From assembly GCA_035690485.1 (NCBI GenBank), contig DASSKL010000102.1:63-64062 (forward strand): DNA of 64,000 nt. Reading direction: 5' to 3'. Positions 12,546-22,920 of this stretch are shown here, piece after piece (the first letter of the stretch is position 1; each line of letters begins with the position of its first letter). A program made the translations under genes and the position numbers. The notes beneath the pieces are model-generated. The model was not told where the DNA came from, did not search any database, and saw nothing but the letters and a program-made list of their open reading frames with translations. The DNA is from Mycobacteriales bacterium. Its GTDB lineage: Bacteria; Actinomycetota; Actinomycetes; JAFAQI01; DASSKL01.

Positions 12546-15095
12546 TTGCTCCACGTGAGCCTGCGCAACCTGTTGGCGCACAAGCTGCGCCTGGTCATGT
12601 CGGGTATCGCGATCGTTCTCGGGGTCGCCTTCGTCGCCGGCACCCTGATCTTCACCGACACGCTCGGCAAGACGTTCAAGGACCTGTTCGCGGCAACCTC
12701 CGCCGACGTCACCGTGACGAAGCAACCGGCGTTCGACTCGGGCCTGTTCGGGGACAGCGGCGGAAGCAGCGCGCTCGACGTGCCCGCCGACCTGGCGGCG
12801 GCGATCGGCAAGCTGCCGGGCGTCGCGGCCGCCCACGGCTACATCCAGAGCGACGGCGTCTACGTGCTCGACCGGGCCGGCAAGGTGGTCCAGACCGGCG
12901 GAGCCCCCGGCGTCGGCATCGACTGGGACCCCAACGAGAAGCTGTCCGCCCTGCACCTGCTCGACGGCTCCGCCCCGGACGCCCCCGGAGAGATCGCACT
13001 CGACACGAAGACGGTCGACAAGACCGGCTACCACGTCGGCGACCGGATCCGGGTGCTCACCCCGGCCGGTGCGGTCGACGCCCGGTTGACCGGGGTGTTC
13101 CGGTTCGGCAACACCGGCGGTCTGGCCGGTGCCTCGCTGACCGCGTTCGACGCCCCACAGGCGCGGCAGCTGTTCGGCAATCCCGGCCGGGTCAGCGGCG
13201 TCAGCGTGCTCACCGACAGCGGCGTGAGCCAGCAGACCGTGAAGCACCGCATCGTCGAGGCGATCGGACCCGGCTACAAGGTCGAGACCAAGGACGAGCG
13301 CGCGACATCGGCCGCCGACGACATCGGCAAGGGCCTGAAGTTCGTCAACATCTTCCTCCTTGTCTTCGCCGGCATCGCGCTGTTCGTCGGCTCGTTCATC
13401 ATCCTCAACACGTTCTCGATGCTGGTCGCCCAGCGCACCCGCGAGCTGGCGCTGCTGCGAGCCCTCGGAGCCAGCCGGTCGCAGGTGACCCGTTCCGTGC
13501 TCTACGAGGCGCTCGCGCTGGGGCTGGTGGGCTCGACGGTCGGCCTCGCCGTCGGCTTCGGCATCGCAACCGGACTGCGCGGCATCTTCGGGAGGTTCGG
13601 CCTCACCCTCGACGGTGGCCTCGTGCTCGAGCCGCGCACCGTCCTCTGGGCCTACGTCGTCGGCGTCGTCGTCACGAGCCTGGCGGCCTACCTCCCGGCG
13701 CGTCGCGCCGCCAAGGTGCCGCCGGTCGTCGCGATGCGGGCCGACGCGCCGCTCGCCGAACGCTCCCTGCGCCGGCGCACGATCATCGGGGCGGCCCTGC
13801 TCGCCGTCTCCGTGCTGGCGATCGTCGGCGGCCTGACCTCCGCCGACTCCAACGCCGGCCAGGCCGCCGGCTTCGTCGGGCTCGGCTCGATGCTGCTCGT
13901 CGTTGCGGGCATCGTCCTCAGCCCCGTGCTGTCGCGTCCGTTCATCCGCGTGGTCGGTCGGGCGCTCCCCCGGTTGTTCGGCCGGCCGGGGTCGCTGGCC
14001 CGCGAGAACGCTCTGCGCAACCCGCGGCGCACCGCGGCCACCGCCAGCGCACTGATGATCGGGCTCGCCCTGGTGACGGCGTTCTCGGTGCTCGGTGCGT
14101 CGGCCAACTCCTCGGTCGACGCGCTGATCAACGAGTCGGTGGGCGCCGACTTCATCGTGTCCAGCCAGACCCAGCAGCCGTTCACCGCGGAGATCGCCCA
14201 ACGCGTCGCCAAGGTCGACGGCGTCGCCTCGGTCACCCGCGAACGCTTCGGCCAGGCGGAGATCGACGGCAAGAAGACGTTCTTCGCCGCCGTCGATCCC
14301 GGCTCGCTCGACCAGTCGCTCAAGCTGGACTACCAGTCCGGCTCGACCGCCGGTCTCACCGGCGACGGCCTGCTGGTCGACAAGGTGACCGCGCAGGCAC
14401 GCGGCTGGAAGGTCGGCACCCAGGTGCCCGTGCTCTTCGAGAGCGGCGACAGGCGCACGCTGACGGTCGGCGGGATCTACGCGGCCAACCAGGTCGTCGG
14501 CCAGTACGTCCTGCCGCTCGACACGTTCGTCGCCACCGGGGGCACCACGCAGGACCGCTTCGTCTACGTCGACGTGCGTCCGGGAGCCGACGCGGCCGCG
14601 GTGCGGTCGGGGCTCGACAACGCCCTCGCGGGCTACCCGGTGGTCACGCTCAAGGACCAGACCGAGTTCAAGTCCGAGCAGAAGGCTCAGGTCAACCAGC
14701 TGCTGCTGATCGTCAACGCGCTGCTCGTGCTGTCGATCCTCATCGCGGTCCTCGGCATCGTGAACACCCTCGCGATGTCGGTGGTCGAGCGCACCCGCGA
14801 GATCGGGCTGCTGCGCGCCGTCGGGATGTCCCGCAGGCAGCTGCGCCGGATGGTGCGGTTGGAGTCGGTGGTCATCTCCGTCTACGGCGCACTTCTCGGC
14901 GTCGTGCTCGGGCTGGTGTTCGGGGTGTCGCTCGTCGGCACGCTCGCGAGCACGGGCATCAAGGAGATGGCGATCCCGGGCGGCAACGTCGTGGTCTTCG
15001 TCGTCGTGGCGGGTCTGGTCGGCGTGCTGGCCGCGATCTGGCCGGCTCGCCGTGCCGCGCGGCTCGACGTGCTGCAGGCGATCGCCACCGAGTAG
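12546..15095 (+). CDS. ABC transporter permease, double FtsX/MacB-type (849 aa)
   Basis: Two repeats of TM1, a large extracytoplasmic domain and a 3-TM FtsX module (e.g. ...RTRELALLRALGASR... and ...RTREIGLLRAVGMSR...). It starts 4 nt after the ATPase gene. Confidence 0.9.
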   Translation: MLHVSLRNLLAHKLRLVMSGIAIVLGVAFVAGTLIFTDTLGKTFKDLFAATSADVTVTKQPAFDSGLFGDSGGSSALDVPADLAAAIGKLPGVAAAHGYIQSDGVYVLDRAGKVVQTGGAPGVGIDWDPNEKLSALHLLDGSAPDAPGEIALDTKTVDKTGYHVGDRIRVLTPAGAVDARLTGVFRFGNTGGLAGASLTAFDAPQARQLFGNPGRVSGVSVLTDSGVSQQTVKHRIVEAIGPGYKVETKDERATSAADDIGKGLKFVNIFLLVFAGIALFVGSFIILNTFSMLVAQRTRELALLRALGASRSQVTRSVLYEALALGLVGSTVGLAVGFGIATGLRGIFGRFGLTLDGGLVLEPRTVLWAYVVGVVVTSLAAYLPARRAAKVPPVVAMRADAPLAERSLRRRTIIGAALLAVSVLAIVGGLTSADSNAGQAAGFVGLGSMLLVVAGIVLSPVLSRPFIRVVGRALPRLFGRPGSLARENALRNPRRTAATASALMIGLALVTAFSVLGASANSSVDALINESVGADFIVSSQTQQPFTAEIAQRVAKVDGVASVTRERFGQAEIDGKKTFFAAVDPGSLDQSLKLDYQSGSTAGLTGDGLLVDKVTAQARGWKVGTQVPVLFESGDRRTLTVGGIYAANQVVGQYVLPLDTFVATGGTTQDRFVYVDVRPGADAAAVRSGLDNALAGYPVVTLKDQTEFKSEQKAQVNQLLLIVNALLVLSILIAVLGIVNTLAMSVVERTREIGLLRAVGMSRRQLRRMVRLESVVISVYGALLGVVLGLVFGVSLVGTLASTGIKEMAIPGGNVVVFVVVAGLVGVLAAIWPARRAARLDVLQAIATE

Positions 15096-15109
15096 CGGCT
15101 CTCGGCGGG

Positions 15110-15787
15110 TCAGACCGCCGCAGGGTGGTCCGGCAGGCTCAGCAGCCAGTCGGGGTCGATGTCGGCCAGCGACTCGACCACCGGGCGGCGAGGCGTCGCG
15201 ACGATCGCCGCGACGCTCGGCACCGCGACCGCGATGCAGCCGGCCGCCTCCGCCGCGGCGATCCCCGAGGGGGCGTCTTCCAGCACCACGCAGCCGGCCG
15301 GGTCGACGCCCAGGGCGGCGCATGCCGTCAGGTAGGGCTCCGGGTGCGGCTTGCCGTGCCCGACCTCGTCACCGGCCAGCGTCACCGCGAACCGCTCCCG
15401 GCCGAGCTGCCCGAGCGCCGCCTCCACGAGGACGCGGTAGGAGGACGAGACCAGGCCCACCGGCACCCGGCGGGCGCCGAGGGCATCGAGCAGCGTCACG
15501 GCGCCCGGTGCCAGCGGCAGCTCGGACTCGAAGAGCTCCACCATCCGTCGCAGCAGGAATGACGCGGCCCACTCGACCCGGTCGGGGGTCGGCGGCACGG
15601 CGTACCACTCCAGGATCGCCGGCACCGAGACGTCGAGCCGGGTCCCGACGATCGCCGCCTTGATCTGCTCCGACCAGACACCGCCGAACTCGGCGGCGAG
15701 CTCCTCCTCGGCAACGGTCCAGAGCGGCTCCGAGTCGACGAGCAGGCCGTCCATGTCGAAGAGGACCGCGGCGGCGACCCCGCTCAC
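15110..15787 (-). CDS. HAD-superfamily hydrolase (beta-phosphoglucomutase-like subfamily IA)
   Basis: FDMDGLLVDSE (DxDG motif I). The GTG start at 15787 overlaps the metH stop as GTGA. The upstream part of the 376-aa track ORF is antisense noise. Confidence 0.85.
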   Translation of the reverse strand: MSGVAAAVLFDMDGLLVDSEPLWTVAEEELAAEFGGVWSEQIKAAIVGTRLDVSVPAILEWYAVPPTPDRVEWAASFLLRRMVELFESELPLAPGAVTLLDALGARRVPVGLVSSSYRVLVEAALGQLGRERFAVTLAGDEVGHGKPHPEPYLTACAALGVDPAGCVVLEDAPSGIAAAEAAGCIAVAVPSVAAIVATPRRPVVESLADIDPDWLLSLPDHPAAV

Positions 15788-18700
15788 TTGGCGTTGAAGT
15801 ACTTCGCCTCGGGGTGGTGGACGACGATCGCGTCGGTCGACTGCTCGGGGTGCAGCTGGCAGCCCTCGGACAGCGTCACGCCGATGCGGTCCGGGTGCAG
15901 CAGCTCGACGACCTTGGCGCGTTCCTCGAGGTCCGGGCAGGCCGGGTAGCCGAACGAGTAGCGCGAGCCGCGGTAGCCCTGATGGGCCAGCACCTCGTCC
16001 AGCGACGTGGCGTCGTCGCCGGCGATGCCGAGCTCGTCGCGCACCCGCCGGTGCCAGAACTCCGCCAGCGCCTCGGTCAGCTGCACCGACAGACCGTGCA
16101 GCTCGAGGTAGTCGCGGTAGGCGTCGCGGGCGAACAGCTCCGCCGTCACCTCGCTGATCCGGGAGCCGACCGTCACCAGCTGGAAGCAGACGACGTCGGT
16201 CTCCCCCGACTCCTCGGGCCGGAAGAAGTCGGCCAGGCACAGGTGCCGGTCACGACGCTGCCGGGGGAAGGTGAAGCGGGTCCGTTCCCCGCCGTCCTCG
16301 CCGAGGACGATGAGGTCGTCGCCCTTGCTGACGCACGGGAAGTAGCCGTAGACCACGCCGGCCTCGACCATGCGCTCGGCCTGCATCCGCTCGAGCCACA
16401 TCCGCAGCCGCGGGCGCCCCTCGGTCTCGACCAGGTCGTCGTACGACGGGCCGCCCTCGCCCCGCGACGGCCGCAGCCCCCACTGGCCGAGGAACGTCGC
16501 GCGTTCGTCGAGCATCGCCGCGTAGTCGCCGAGCGGGATGCCCTTGACCACCCGGTCGCCCCAGAACGGCGGCGTCGGGATGGGCGCGTCGACCGCGACG
16601 TCGGAACGGGCCGGCATCTCCTCCGGCGGGGTCTCCTCGACGCGCGCGCGGGCACTGACCCGCGGCCCCCGCAGCGCGGGCAGCGCGGCGCCGGGCTCAC
16701 CCCGCTTGACCGCCATCACGGCGTCCATGAGCCGCAGCCCCTCGAACGCGTCGCGCGCGTAGCGCACCTCGCCGTCGAAGAGCTCGGCGAGGTCGTGCTC
16801 GACGTAGGCCCGGGTGAGCGCCGCGCCGCCGAGCAGCACCGGCCAGCGGGAGGCGAGGCCGCGGGAGTTCATCTCCTCGAGGTTGTCCCTCATGATCACC
16901 GTGCTCTTGACGAGCAGCCCGCTCATGCCGATCGCATCGGCGGCACTCTCGTCGGCGGCGTCGAGGATCGCCGAGACCGGCTGCTTGATGCCGAGGTTGA
17001 CGACGCGGTAGCCGTTGTTGGACAGGATGATGTCGACGAGGTTCTTGCCGATGTCGTGCACGTCGCCCTTGACCGTGGCGAGCACGATCGTGCCCTTGCC
17101 CGACTCGCCGGTCGCCTCCATGTGCGGCTCGAGGTGCGCGACCGCAGCCTTCATCACCTCGGCCGACTGCAGCACGAACGGCAGCTGCATCTGCCCGGAG
17201 CCGAAGAGCTCGCCGACGACCTTCATGCCTTCGAGCAGGTGCTCGTTGATGATCTCCAGCGGCGACCAGCCGATGCCCATCGCCTCGTCGAGGTCGGCCT
17301 CCAGGCCGCCCCGCTCACCGTCGATGATCCGCCGCTGCAGCCGATCGGCCAGTGGGAGGGAGGCGAGCTCCTCGGCCCGCGACTGCCGCGCCGCCTGCGC
17401 GTCGACGCCCTCGAACAACGCCAGGAAGCGCTCGAGCGGGTCGTAGCCCTCCCGGCGACGGTCGTGGACGAGGTCGAGCGCGACCTCGCGCTGCTCGTCG
17501 GGGATCCGCGACAGCGGCAGGATCTTGGCCGCGTGCACGATCGCCGAGTCGAGGCCCGCCTGCACGCACTCGTGCAGGAAGACCGAGTTGAGCACCTGGC
17601 GTGCGGCGGGATTCAGGCCGAACGACACGTTGGACACGCCGAGCGTCGTCTGTACGCCGGGGTGGCGGGCCTTCACCTGCCGGATGGCCTCGATCGTCTC
17701 GAGCCCGTCGCGGCGGGTCTCCTCCTGACCGGTGGCGATCGGGAAGGTCAGGCAGTCGACGATGATGTCGCCGACGTCCATGCCCCAGTTGGTCGTGAGG
17801 TCGTCGATGAGCCGATCGGCGACCCTGACCTTCCACTCGGCCGTGCGGGCCTGGCCCTCCTCGTCGATGGTGAGCGCGACCACGGCGGCGCCGTGCTCGC
17901 GGACCAGCGGCATCATGCGGGCAATCCGCGAGTCGGGGCCGTCGCCGTCCTCGTAGTTGACCGAGTTGACCACGCACCGGCCGCCGAGCCGCTCGAGCCC
18001 GGCCTCGACGACGTCGCGCTCGGTGGAGTCGAGCACGCACGGCAGCGTCGAGGCGGTGGCGAAACGGCCGGCGATCTCGGCCATGTCGGCGACGCCGTCA
18101 CGGCCGACGTAGTCGATGCAGACGTCGAGCAGGTGGGCACCGTCGCGGGTCTGCTCGCGGGCGATCTCGACGCAGCGGTCCCACTGGCCGGCGAGCATCG
18201 CGTCGCGGAACGCCTTGGAGCCGTTGGCGTTGGTGCGCTCGCCGATCGTCAGGTAGGTCGTGTCCTGCCGGAACGGCACCGGCTGGTAGAGGCTCGCGGC
18301 CGACGGCTCGAACACCGGCTCGCGCCGCCGCAGCTCGCGGCCATGGACCCGGTCGACCACCAGTCGCAGGTGCTCGGGGGTGGTGCCGCAACAACCGCCG
18401 ACCAGGGCGAGCCCGTAGTCGCGGGTGAACGTGTCGTGGGCGTCGGCCAGCTGCTCGGGGGTGAGCGGGTAGCGGGCGCCGTCGGCGGTGAGCTCGGGCA
18501 GGCCGGCGTTGGGCATCGCCGACAGGCCGATGCGGGCGTGCTGGGCGAGGTAGCGCAGGTGCTCGCTCATCTCCGCCGGGCCGGTCGCGCAGTTGAGCCC
18601 GATGAGGTCGATCTCCAGCGGCTCGAGCGCGGTCAGCGCCGCACCGATCTCGCTGCCCAGCAGCATCGTGCCGGTTGTCTCGACGGTCACCTGCACGAAC

Positions 18701-19266
18701 AACGGGAGCCGGGTGCCGGTCTCGGCGTAGGCCCGACGCGCCCCGTTGACTGCCGCCTTGGCCTGCAGGAGGTCTTGCGCGGTCTCGACGAGCACGGCAT
18801 GCACGCCGCCCTCGATCATGCCGGTCACCTGCGCGGCATAGGCGTCGCGCAGCTCCCGGTAGGTGACGTGGCCGAGGGTAGGCAGCTTCGTGCCGGGCCC
18901 GACCGAGCCGAGCACCCAGCGCGGCCGGTCGTCACTCGACCGGGCGTCGGCCGCCTCGCGGGCGATCCGCGCGCCGGCGAGCGCCAGCTCGTGGATGCGG
19001 TCGGCGATGCCGTACTCGCCGAGGTTGGCCAGGTTGGCGCCGAACGTGTTGGTCTCGACCGCGTCGCAACCGACATCGAGGTAGGCGTCGTGGATCGCGC
19101 GGACGACGTCGGGTCGGCTGACGTTCAGGATCTCGTTGCAGCCCTCGTGGCCCTCGAAATCGTCGAGCGAGAGGTCGTAGGCCTGCAGCATGGTGCCCAT
19201 CGCACCGTCGGCGACGACCACGCGCTCGGAGAGCGCGCGCAGTAGCGACGCGGACGTAGCGGACAC
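15784..19266 (-). CDS. metH: Cobalamin-dependent methionine synthase
   Basis: 1160 aa. Hcy-binding GGCCGTTPEH, pterin-binding domain, B12-binding DVHDIGKN (DxHxxG), and a C-terminal AdoMet reactivation domain. Confidence 0.97.
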   Translation of the reverse strand: MSATSASLLRALSERVVVADGAMGTMLQAYDLSLDDFEGHEGCNEILNVSRPDVVRAIHDAYLDVGCDAVETNTFGANLANLGEYGIADRIHELALAGARIAREAADARSSDDRPRWVLGSVGPGTKLPTLGHVTYRELRDAYAAQVTGMIEGGVHAVLVETAQDLLQAKAAVNGARRAYAETGTRLPLFVQVTVETTGTMLLGSEIGAALTALEPLEIDLIGLNCATGPAEMSEHLRYLAQHARIGLSAMPNAGLPELTADGARYPLTPEQLADAHDTFTRDYGLALVGGCCGTTPEHLRLVVDRVHGRELRRREPVFEPSAASLYQPVPFRQDTTYLTIGERTNANGSKAFRDAMLAGQWDRCVEIAREQTRDGAHLLDVCIDYVGRDGVADMAEIAGRFATASTLPCVLDSTERDVVEAGLERLGGRCVVNSVNYEDGDGPDSRIARMMPLVREHGAAVVALTIDEEGQARTAEWKVRVADRLIDDLTTNWGMDVGDIIVDCLTFPIATGQEETRRDGLETIEAIRQVKARHPGVQTTLGVSNVSFGLNPAARQVLNSVFLHECVQAGLDSAIVHAAKILPLSRIPDEQREVALDLVHDRRREGYDPLERFLALFEGVDAQAARQSRAEELASLPLADRLQRRIIDGERGGLEADLDEAMGIGWSPLEIINEHLLEGMKVVGELFGSGQMQLPFVLQSAEVMKAAVAHLEPHMEATGESGKGTIVLATVKGDVHDIGKNLVDIILSNNGYRVVNLGIKQPVSAILDAADESAADAIGMSGLLVKSTVIMRDNLEEMNSRGLASRWPVLLGGAALTRAYVEHDLAELFDGEVRYARDAFEGLRLMDAVMAVKRGEPGAALPALRGPRVSARARVEETPPEEMPARSDVAVDAPIPTPPFWGDRVVKGIPLGDYAAMLDERATFLGQWGLRPSRGEGGPSYDDLVETEGRPRLRMWLERMQAERMVEAGVVYGYFPCVSKGDDLIVLGEDGGERTRFTFPRQRRDRHLCLADFFRPEESGETDVVCFQLVTVGSRISEVTAELFARDAYRDYLELHGLSVQLTEALAEFWHRRVRDELGIAGDDATSLDEVLAHQGYRGSRYSFGYPACPDLEERAKVVELLHPDRIGVTLSEGCQLHPEQSTDAIVVHHPEAKYFNAK

Positions 19267-19384
19267 GATGTGGGCTTCCCGGGGAGCGGACCGACGCCTC
19301 AGTCTACCGGCGTGACCTGCGTCGCCCAGTTCGCGTAGCGGCCGCCTCCGGCGGGTAGCGTGCGGCCCGACGATCTCAACGGAG

Positions 19385-19840
19385 GTGCACGTGGCCAGCT
19401 ACCGCACGGTGCTCGTGGGGACCGACGGCTCCGAGTCGTCCTACCGCGCCGTCGACCGGGCGGCCGCGCTGGCGCGCGACGCCGGCGCCACGCTGGTGCT
19501 GCTGTGCGCCTACCAGCCGCTGTCCGACCGGGAGAAGGCGCGCGCGGCGGCCGAGCTCGGCGAGCAGGCCTACCAGGTCATGGGGTCCAACCCGGCGGAG
19601 GACGTGCTGCGTGACGCCGCGGCCCGCGCCAAGACGGCCGGCGCCACCGACGTGCGGCTGGAGCCGGTGCAGGGCGACCCGGTCGACCAGATCGTCGCCA
19701 GCGCCGACCGGCACGGCGTCGACCTCGTCGTCGTCGGCAACCGCGGCCTGCACAGCCTCGCCGGCCGGCTGCTGGGCTCGGTGCCGGCCAACGTCAGCCA
19801 CCGGGCGAAGTGCGACGTGCTGATCGTGCACACCACCTGA
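19385..19840 (+). CDS. Universal stress protein (UspA family)
   Basis: 151 aa. VLVGTDGSESS N-terminus and ATP-binding G-x2-G-x9-G(S/T) (VGNRGLHSLAGRLLGSV). Confidence 0.9.
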   Translation: MHVASYRTVLVGTDGSESSYRAVDRAAALARDAGATLVLLCAYQPLSDREKARAAAELGEQAYQVMGSNPAEDVLRDAAARAKTAGATDVRLEPVQGDPVDQIVASADRHGVDLVVVGNRGLHSLAGRLLGSVPANVSHRAKCDVLIVHTT

Positions 19841-19847
19841 GGCGACC

Positions 19848-20780
19848 GTGCCACGCGCGCTCGGTCGGCGTACGCCGGTGGCCGGCGGCATCGACGTGAC
19901 GCTGCCGGGCGCGGGGATCCGCCTCGGCGCCACCCGCTGGCCGGGCGCCGGCCCGCCCATCGTCCTGCTGCACGGGCTGTCGTCGCAGCGGCACTTCTGG
20001 GACCTCGTCGTCCCGAGCCTGCTGGGTGCGCCGGTGGTCGCGCTCGACCAGCGCGGCCACGGCGACAGCGAGTCGCCGGACGACAGCGCCCCGGACTTCT
20101 CGCAGGAGGCGGCGGCCGACGACGTGGCGACGGCGCTCGACGCGCTGGGGCTGTCTCGCGCGGTGGTCGTCGGCCACTCGTGGGGTGCGTCGGTTGCGTT
20201 GACGTTCGCCGCCCGGCACGCCGAGCGCGCGCTCGCCGTGGTCGCCATCGACGGCGGCTTCACCGTGCCCGGCGACCGCGAGCTGCCGCGCGAGCAGCTG
20301 CGGCAGCGCATGGAGCCGCCGCGGTTCGCGCTGCCGCCCGACGAGCTGGTCGGGATGCTCGCACGCGGGCCGCTCGGGCCCTGGTGGTCCGAGGACCTGG
20401 CGGCGGCCGTCCTGCCCGGCTTCGCGGTCGGGGACGACGGGCTGGCGCGGGCGCGGCTGACGTTCGAGCGGCACATGCGGATCGTCGACACGCTGCTCGA
20501 CTTCGACCCGACGGCGCTCTACGCCGGTGTGCGGTGCCCCGTCTGGCTGGTGTCGTGCGAGCCGTTGCCGACCGTCGAGCGCGACGCCCGCACGGTGGGC
20601 TGGGCGCTGCGCAAGGAAGCGGGCCTGCAGCGAGCGACGGAGGCCCTCGACGCGCCTCGGCTGCAACGCTGGGCGGGGGCGCTGCACGACGTACCCTTGC
20701 AGTGGCCAGCACTGGTCGCCGGCCTCATCGGTGCTGCCGCCCAGGAGACCCGATCGGCACGAGGAGCCGCGGCACCGTGA
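19848..20780 (+). CDS. Alpha/beta hydrolase
   Basis: HGLSS oxyanion region, GHSWGA nucleophile elbow, about 300 aa. Confidence 0.85.
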   Translation: MPRALGRRTPVAGGIDVTLPGAGIRLGATRWPGAGPPIVLLHGLSSQRHFWDLVVPSLLGAPVVALDQRGHGDSESPDDSAPDFSQEAAADDVATALDALGLSRAVVVGHSWGASVALTFAARHAERALAVVAIDGGFTVPGDRELPREQLRQRMEPPRFALPPDELVGMLARGPLGPWWSEDLAAAVLPGFAVGDDGLARARLTFERHMRIVDTLLDFDPTALYAGVRCPVWLVSCEPLPTVERDARTVGWALRKEAGLQRATEALDAPRLQRWAGALHDVPLQWPALVAGLIGAAAQETRSARGAAAP

Positions 20781-21652
20781 CCCACGACTTGCCCCACCTG
20801 GAGCGGCCGGCGCTGATCGCGGCGTTCGAGGGGTGGAACGACGCGGCCGACGCGGCCACCGGCGCGGTCGAGCATCTGGAGCGGGTCTGGGGTGCCCGCC
20901 CGCTCGCGGCCCTCGACCCCGACGACTACTACGACTTCCAGGTCAACCGTCCGACCGTGTCGCTGATCGACGGGGTGACCCGGCGCATCGAGTGGCCGAC
21001 CACCCGGCTGTCGGTCGCCTCCCGCGACCAGGACGAGAGCCTGGACCGCGACGTCGTCCTGCTGCGCGGCCTGGAGCCCAACATGCGCTGGCGCGGCTTT
21101 TGCGACGAGCTGCTCGGGATGGCGAAGGAGCTCGGCGTCGAGTTCGTCGTCACCCTCGGCGCGCTGCTGTCGGACTCGCCCCACACCCGCCCGGTGCCGG
21201 TGACGGGCACCGCGTCGGACCAGGAGACCGCGGACCGGCTCGACCTTGAGCGGTCCCGCTACGAAGGGCCGACCGGCATCGTCGGGGTCTTCCAGGACTA
21301 CTGCGCCCACGGTGGCCTGCCGTCGGTCTCCCTGTGGGCGGCGGTGCCGCACTACGTGGCGCAGCCCCCGTGCCCGAAGGCCACGCTGTCGCTGCTCAAC
21401 CGGGTCGAGGACGTGCTCGGCGTCGGCGTACCCCTCGGCGACCTCCCCGAGCAGGCGCGCGCCTGGGAGCGCGGCGTCGACGAGCTGGCCCGCGAGGACA
21501 GCGAGATCGGTGACTACGTGCGCCAGCTCGAGTCGCGGGAGCCCGAGACCGACCTGCCGGAGGCGAGCGGCGAGGCGATCGCGCGGGAGTTCGAGCGCTA
21601 CCTGCGCCGGCGCGGGGAGAACCCCGGCTGGCCCAGCCCCGGCGACGGTTAG
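20777..21652 (+). CDS. PAC2 (proteasome assembly chaperone 2-like) family protein
   Basis: The GTG at 20777 overlaps the preceding stop (GTGA). LIAAFEGWNDAADAAT... is the typical N-terminus of the actinobacterial PAC2 family. Same position next to metH as in mycobacteria. Confidence 0.8.
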   Translation: MTHDLPHLERPALIAAFEGWNDAADAATGAVEHLERVWGARPLAALDPDDYYDFQVNRPTVSLIDGVTRRIEWPTTRLSVASRDQDESLDRDVVLLRGLEPNMRWRGFCDELLGMAKELGVEFVVTLGALLSDSPHTRPVPVTGTASDQETADRLDLERSRYEGPTGIVGVFQDYCAHGGLPSVSLWAAVPHYVAQPPCPKATLSLLNRVEDVLGVGVPLGDLPEQARAWERGVDELAREDSEIGDYVRQLESREPETDLPEASGEAIAREFERYLRRRGENPGWPSPGDG

Positions 21653-21662
21653 CGGCTCGGCA

Positions 21663-22880
21663 CTAGAGCGCGACGCCGAGCAGCGCGTCGACCGTGTCGC
21701 GCACCATCGCCGGCGCCCCGGCGTCGGCGCCGTCCCCCGCGGCCCAGCGGTCGACGGCGGCCAGCGCCTGCGGGGCGTCGAGGTCGGCTGCCAGCGCCGC
21801 CCGCACCTCGGCGAGCAGCGCCGCGCCGTCGGGGCCGCTGGGTCGGCGTACGCCGGCGCGCCACGTGTCCAGCCGCCGCTCCCCTGCCGGCAGGTCGTCG
21901 AGCGACCAGTGCCAGTCACCCCGGTAGTGATGGGCGAGGAGCGCGAGCCGCACCGCCATCGGGTCGGTGTGGGCGCGCAGCTTGTGCACGAAGACGAGGT
22001 TGCCCCGGGACTTCGACATCTTCTCACCGTCGAGGCCGACCATGCCGGCGTGGACGAAGGCCCGGGCGAAGGGCCACTCGCCGGTCGCGGCGTGTGCCTC
22101 GGCGGCGCCGAGCTCGTGGTGCGGGAAGACGAGGTCGTTGCCCCCGCCCTGCACGTCGATCGTGGGGCCGAGCCGGTCGAGCGCGATCGCGGCGCACTCG
22201 ACGTGCCAGCCGGGCCGGCCGGGCCCGAACGGCGACTCCCACGCCGGCTCGCCCGGGCGCCGGGCCTGCCAGAGCAGGCAGTCGACCGGGTCCTTCTTGC
22301 CCGGCCGGTCGGGATCGCCGCCGCGCTCGCGCGAGAGCGCGACCATCGCCGCCGGGGCGAGATGGCTCACCTGGCCGAAGTGCGGTGATGCGTCGGCCGC
22401 GAAGTAGACGTCGCCGTCGAGCTCATAGGCAGCCCCCCGCTCGCACAGCCGCTCGATCAACCCGACGATGCGTGGGATCGCCTCGACCGCACCGACGTAG
22501 TCGTCGGGCGGCAGGACGCGCAGCGCGGCCATGTCCGTGCGGAACAGCTCGACCTCGCGCAGCCCGAGCTGCTCCCAGTCGTCGCCGGTCTGCGCGGCGC
22601 GCTCGAAGAGCGGGTCGTCGACGTCGGTGACGTTCTGCACGTAGTGCACCCGGTGACCGCGGTCGCGCCAGACCCGCTGGAGCAGGTCGAAGGACAGGTA
22701 GGTGGCGGCGTGGCCGAGGTGGGTCGCGTCGTAGGGCGTGATGCCGCAGACGTACATCCGCGCGGGCTCACCTGCGCCCGGCTCGATCTCCTGGAGCGAC
22801 TGCGAGGCCGTGTCGAAGACCTGCAGCGCCGGACCGCGGCCGGGCAGGTGAGGCACGTCGACGGCGGCCCAGGACTGCAT
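21663..22880 (-). CDS. mshC: Cysteine:1D-myo-inosityl 2-amino-2-deoxy-alpha-D-glucopyranoside ligase (mycothiol ligase)
   Basis: CysRS-like class I fold with T-H-L-G-H-A (HIGH) and KMSKS. It lacks the anticodon-binding extension and has an MshC-typical length of about 405 aa. ATG at 22880 (MQSW...). Confidence 0.9.
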   Translation of the reverse strand: MQSWAAVDVPHLPGRGPALQVFDTASQSLQEIEPGAGEPARMYVCGITPYDATHLGHAATYLSFDLLQRVWRDRGHRVHYVQNVTDVDDPLFERAAQTGDDWEQLGLREVELFRTDMAALRVLPPDDYVGAVEAIPRIVGLIERLCERGAAYELDGDVYFAADASPHFGQVSHLAPAAMVALSRERGGDPDRPGKKDPVDCLLWQARRPGEPAWESPFGPGRPGWHVECAAIALDRLGPTIDVQGGGNDLVFPHHELGAAEAHAATGEWPFARAFVHAGMVGLDGEKMSKSRGNLVFVHKLRAHTDPMAVRLALLAHHYRGDWHWSLDDLPAGERRLDTWRAGVRRPSGPDGAALLAEVRAALAADLDAPQALAAVDRWAAGDGADAGAPAMVRDTVDALLGVAL

Positions 22881-22920
22881 GCCCGCAGGGTATCCGCGGC
22901 GTGCGTGCCAGGCTGGTCGC

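Noticed and set aside
11775-15323. Very long antisense ORFs: 1182 aa opposite the ABC transporter genes, 1143 aa at 15814-19245 opposite metH, 656 aa at 4900-6870, 602 aa at 6896-8704, 701 aa at 58379-60484, 580 aa at 60822-62564, and many others.
   Set aside because: They are shadows of real genes in a genome with over 90% GC3, where stop codons are rare in the antisense frames. Their translations are Arg/Gly/Asp/His/Pro-rich low complexity with no motifs. The opposite strand carries unmistakable family signatures in each case.
19267-19384. A possible cobalamin or SAM riboswitch in the metH leader.
   Set aside because: Only 118 nt are shared with the divergent usp gene, which is too short for a B12 element. 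I could not find a B12-box-like or SAM-I-like core. B12 riboswitches usually control metE, not metH.
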